From: a virus
Taxonomy: Duplodnaviria > Caudoviricetes
DNA: 46,528 bases
Virus record (IMG/VR): IMGVR_UViG_3300038379_000041
Coordinates: 1 to 46,528 of that record
Direction: 5' to 3' (one strand)
Shown: positions 44,801-46,528 of the stretch, one piece after another
How positions within the stretch are numbered: position 1 is the stretch's first letter
How the letters are laid out: the number at the start of each line of letters is the position of its first letter
Made by a program: the position numbers and the translations under genes
The notes under the pieces: generated by a model
The model's input: the letters and a program-made list of their open reading frames with translations, nothing else
Databases searched by the model: none
Told to the model about the DNA's origin: nothing

Positions 44801-46528
44801 GACACAGCCACGGCTGCCCGGCGCGGAAGAGGTGCGCGAGACGGAGCAGGCCACGCCGCCGCTCGAGGCGCCGTTTTCGCTCACGCCGCCACCGAGCGCG
44901 CCGCCGAACCTGAAGAAACTACAACGCACGCTCTTCCAGGATCTCGTGTCAGGCGGATCCGCGCCGGCTGCGAGCAGCGTGCGACCGACGTTCTATAGCA
45001 GGATTCTAGCGACGGTGCAACAGAGCCCGCAGACCAAGGCCACCGGCGCACAGTGGATTGCGACCATCCGCAACAGCAAGCTCGGCATAAACCTCGACGA
45101 GTTCGCGCTGACACGGGTGAGCGATCTCGCGGCCGGCCATGTCTACACCAAAAATGAAGTACTGCAATATCTTGCAACACACGAGATCCGGCTGACGGAG
45201 CGCGTGCTGGGCGAGAACACAGGTCGCCGCGACAGATGGGTCGAAATACGCGCTGATGAGTTGGCGATGGAGTGGGCCGACGCGCAGATAGACAGGTGGG
45301 ACGACGGCGGCTTTTATGTCGCAGAGGTGGAGGACGACGATGGCGAGCCCGCGTTCGCGGTGAGACACAGCGAAGGGGGCAGCGACGGCGAACTATACGC
45401 GACCGAAGAAGAGGCACAGGCGGAGGCAGACCGGGCCAACGACGCGATGCAAGACGAGCGGCATCGTGAGTTAGTGGACGACTACGCACAGGAGGCCACT
45501 GAGCAGGCCGAGGCCGAGTACGAGGAGAAGTTCGGAAGCGACGAGCCGCAGTTCGACGAGTGGGTGCTCTCGGGGCCGGCCGATGCCTACCGAGAGGCGT
45601 TTGTGTTGGCGCCGCCAACCAAGGGCGACGCGAGCGTGGCCGATGCGTTGACCGAGGCACGAGAAGAAGCCGCCAGTTTTCGCCGGCTAGCGTACGACCT
45701 AGAGGCGAAGATCCACATTACAGAGCCAGGGCCGGAACAGGACTCAGCGATCGAAGCCTACCAGGAGGCGCGCGCGGCGGCGCTGAATGCTGCTGAGCGC
45801 GAGGCGCTGTTACAGCAGCAATATGAAGGCGCATCGTGGGCTGATGGACATGAGCAGTACGACGGCATTGAGAATCCGATCGTGCGACTGCGGTTCAATC
45901 GGCGGCGTCTCCGGTTCGACGACGGCACCGAGACGATGGCGATGTTTCTCGAGGAAGTGCAACCGCCGCGCGAAGACAATCAAGCCGCGATGCCGCCGCT
46001 CTACCGAAAGAATTGGCGTGAGATCGGGTTGAAGTGGGCGCTCAGGTACGCCGCCGATCATGGGCTAGGGGCGGTGGCGTGGACAACAGGGAGCGAACAG
46101 GTCGAACGCTACAGTCTCAAGAAGCACGTACGAGAAATTCGATGGACAACCGACGAGACGGGTGCCGTGCGCCGGGTCGTGATCGATCTGGGTCTCCACG
46201 ACGAGCGGCGGATCGAGGTGGGTGAGGATGCGGTCATCCGTAAAGGGGAATGGGAGGGGGAGAAGATCCACGCCGTCGTCGGGGGCGAGATTGCGGGTCA
46301 GATCGTCGCCGAGCAGCGTGGCGCGCTGAGCGGCGACGGGTTGAGGGTCGGCGGCGAGGGGCTCGAGCGCCTGTACGACAAGGATCTGCCGGCTGTGATC
46401 CAGAAGCTCCCGGCCGTGAAACGCGCCGGCGTCCGCGTGGAACCGGCGCGCCTGATGCCACAACGGGGTACGTATTCGGTAGTCGCTGCCAGTCATACTG
46501 TGGCGCGCGCGGATCGATTTATTCTCGA
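41838..46528 (+). CDS. Giant internal virion / ejection polyvalent protein, N-terminal part (3'-truncated, about 1,563 aa; missing from the ORF track)
   Basis: ATG 41838 (MSDYDELLRED...) and no stop seen to the end; LPD22-like N-terminus (TPDRAA...WLREPRNAAVASDDL..L..LE); ADP-ribosyltransferase-like domain at 44133-44744. Confidence 0.85.
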   Translation, partial: MSDYDELLREDEQDQPSPQRSVYDDLIQQDAQADEGRLRGSMKVALETTPDRAADVRRLSARFGLPETVVDRQYDSIRTRAVSDDALQATQDTPAVATWLREPRNAAVASDDLPALTTLEHVVGFGLDATRALMAGGYRGATTGLWGLIQGAAEAVGAESAAVYAARVRKASEATTAAVRGQQQPRGFVAGAALSGVESVGANITGLMASLATGSPAPMLTIMGAQVGGEAYGQARDRGVTPRQAAVFAVGQGGVEVATEMIPASRLIKDLAGNQQFIKMLTGQLAAEIPGEQVATLLQDLNEWAVQYPARPFGDYLAERPSAMAETLIATVVATATQASVGRATERLMRHVGEVATESKTAKRSPEATQALVASIVADSPIETAHFDTPTWVSYWQSQGVDPAQKAAELTGSLESLPNAIAAGTPLAVPMAAYIAQVAPTEHHGALSQELRIGPDDWNAKETAAFHEKHSVETPADEQTAAIQQALVSKLTAAGMTAGAAEASAQQMVQVFATRAQRAGLDPVELFNRYGLEIQRPDLVAPRGEGDETGSGESRLADRAGRDQRYRVPSRLEGASETARAEQFEALYSATLEAARALDPGVDAERIRQELDARVGLYLDATVLAAEDRARPHDLLRAIAAAGGLSAEAEDAGGLAGELKAMQGRFGSLGGVPGVFRRKKRATTGNQRSSGYGVDEMLERLHQDHRWRWIENTDMLLDQLDDLSRRTEAETGDVRLPGTEERRDLGVKLETRWWDADAYDPSLFQRAADPTATPEFRAWFGESVVADAGRPRVVYHSGDFDPAVDPVIQVGLHGMHFGTRAAAEERPYGKAVDDFIREAEIDQDAGRWYWSSQGQESYGTNEEGFETRAEAVKDLEAAAIEYANGIIQDSDPPVIVPVYLSIQNPKRLTDQGAQWDAAIEQAKAEGYDGIVYRNEYEDKGQDSYIIFAPWQAKHAEANRGTYDRRDPSVLFQETPKPPATEDRLDTGETQPRLPGAEEVRETEQATPPLEAPFSLTPPPSAPPNLKKLQRTLFQDLVSGGSAPAASSVRPTFYSRILATVQQSPQTKATGAQWIATIRNSKLGINLDEFALTRVSDLAAGHVYTKNEVLQYLATHEIRLTERVLGENTGRRDRWVEIRADELAMEWADAQIDRWDDGGFYVAEVEDDDGEPAFAVRHSEGGSDGELYATEEEAQAEADRANDAMQDERHRELVDDYAQEATEQAEAEYEEKFGSDEPQFDEWVLSGPADAYREAFVLAPPTKGDASVADALTEAREEAASFRRLAYDLEAKIHITEPGPEQDSAIEAYQEARAAALNAAEREALLQQQYEGASWADGHEQYDGIENPIVRLRFNRRRLRFDDGTETMAMFLEEVQPPREDNQAAMPPLYRKNWREIGLKWALRYAADHGLGAVAWTTGSEQVERYSLKKHVREIRWTTDETGAVRRVVIDLGLHDERRIEVGEDAVIRKGEWEGEKIHAVVGGEIAGQIVAEQRGALSGDGLRVGGEGLERLYDKDLPAVIQKLPAVKRAGVRVEPARLMPQRGTYSVVAASHTVARADRFIL

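Larger units (their letters stand above)
1..46528 (+). mobile_element. Near-complete podovirus-like (BPP-1/epsilon15-type organisation) bacteriophage genome, permuted inside the giant internal virion protein gene
   Basis: TerS, TerL, portal, scaffold, major capsid, adaptor, nozzle, three internal virion proteins, lysis and replication genes are all co-oriented; no host housekeeping genes; both ends lie inside one type of giant ORF. Confidence 0.95.

Noticed and set aside
1-46528. Numerous minus-strand and alternate-frame ORFs in the track (e.g. 22131-23285, 31031-32011, 41361-42386, 12669-13580)
   Set aside because: They are shadows of + strand genes in GC-rich DNA, with Arg/Pro-rich translations and no motifs
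1-46528. Diversity-generating retroelement, expected from the BPP-1-like layout
   Set aside because: No reverse transcriptase motifs and no TR/VR repeat pair seen
1-46528. Integrase/att site, CI-Cro switch, CRISPR array, tRNA, alternative genetic code
   Set aside because: No such motifs or repeats found; genes read through fully in the standard code

Overview
The window is essentially one near-complete genome of a GC-rich (roughly mid-60s % by eye, not computed) tailed dsDNA phage with a short non-contractile tail, organised like BPP-1/epsilon15-type podoviruses. Every credible gene is on the + strand. The order is: C-terminal half of a giant internal-virion/ejection 'polyvalent' protein (1-5441); collagen-like and small structural genes; lysis cassette (7.7-9.6 kb); early recombination/replication genes (KTSC, Mgm101/Rad52-like annealase, PD-(D/E)XK nuclease, HNH, SF2 helicase, DnaB, RuvC-like, LmbU-like/MT-A70 methyltransferase); packaging (TerS, TGT/DpdA-like, TerL, GNAT, portal); head genes; tail adaptor and nozzle; and internal virion proteins ending in the N-terminal half of the giant protein (41838 to the end, absent from the ORF track because it has no stop). 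The two ends appear to be halves of one gene of more than 3,370 aa, but they do not join in frame, so some bases are missing. I see no integrase, DNA polymerase, primase, reverse transcriptase, tRNA or CRISPR array. The most unusual observations are: (1) signal-peptide-like leaders on the major capsid protein and on a three-gene fibre-like cassette; (2) a tail adaptor duplicated in tandem and fused to a ~900-aa beta-rich domain; (3) cargo domains of the ejection protein, including an ADP-ribosyltransferase-like domain, each delimited by a recurrent LFQ motif next to a HExxH peptidase; (4) a 17-bp palindromic operator at three early positions and an antisense sRNA unit; (5) a methyltransferase ending in an SSB-like acidic tail and an orphan TGT/DpdA-like gene; (6) apparent avoidance of several 6-bp palindromes. 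All family calls come from motif recognition by eye, not database searches.
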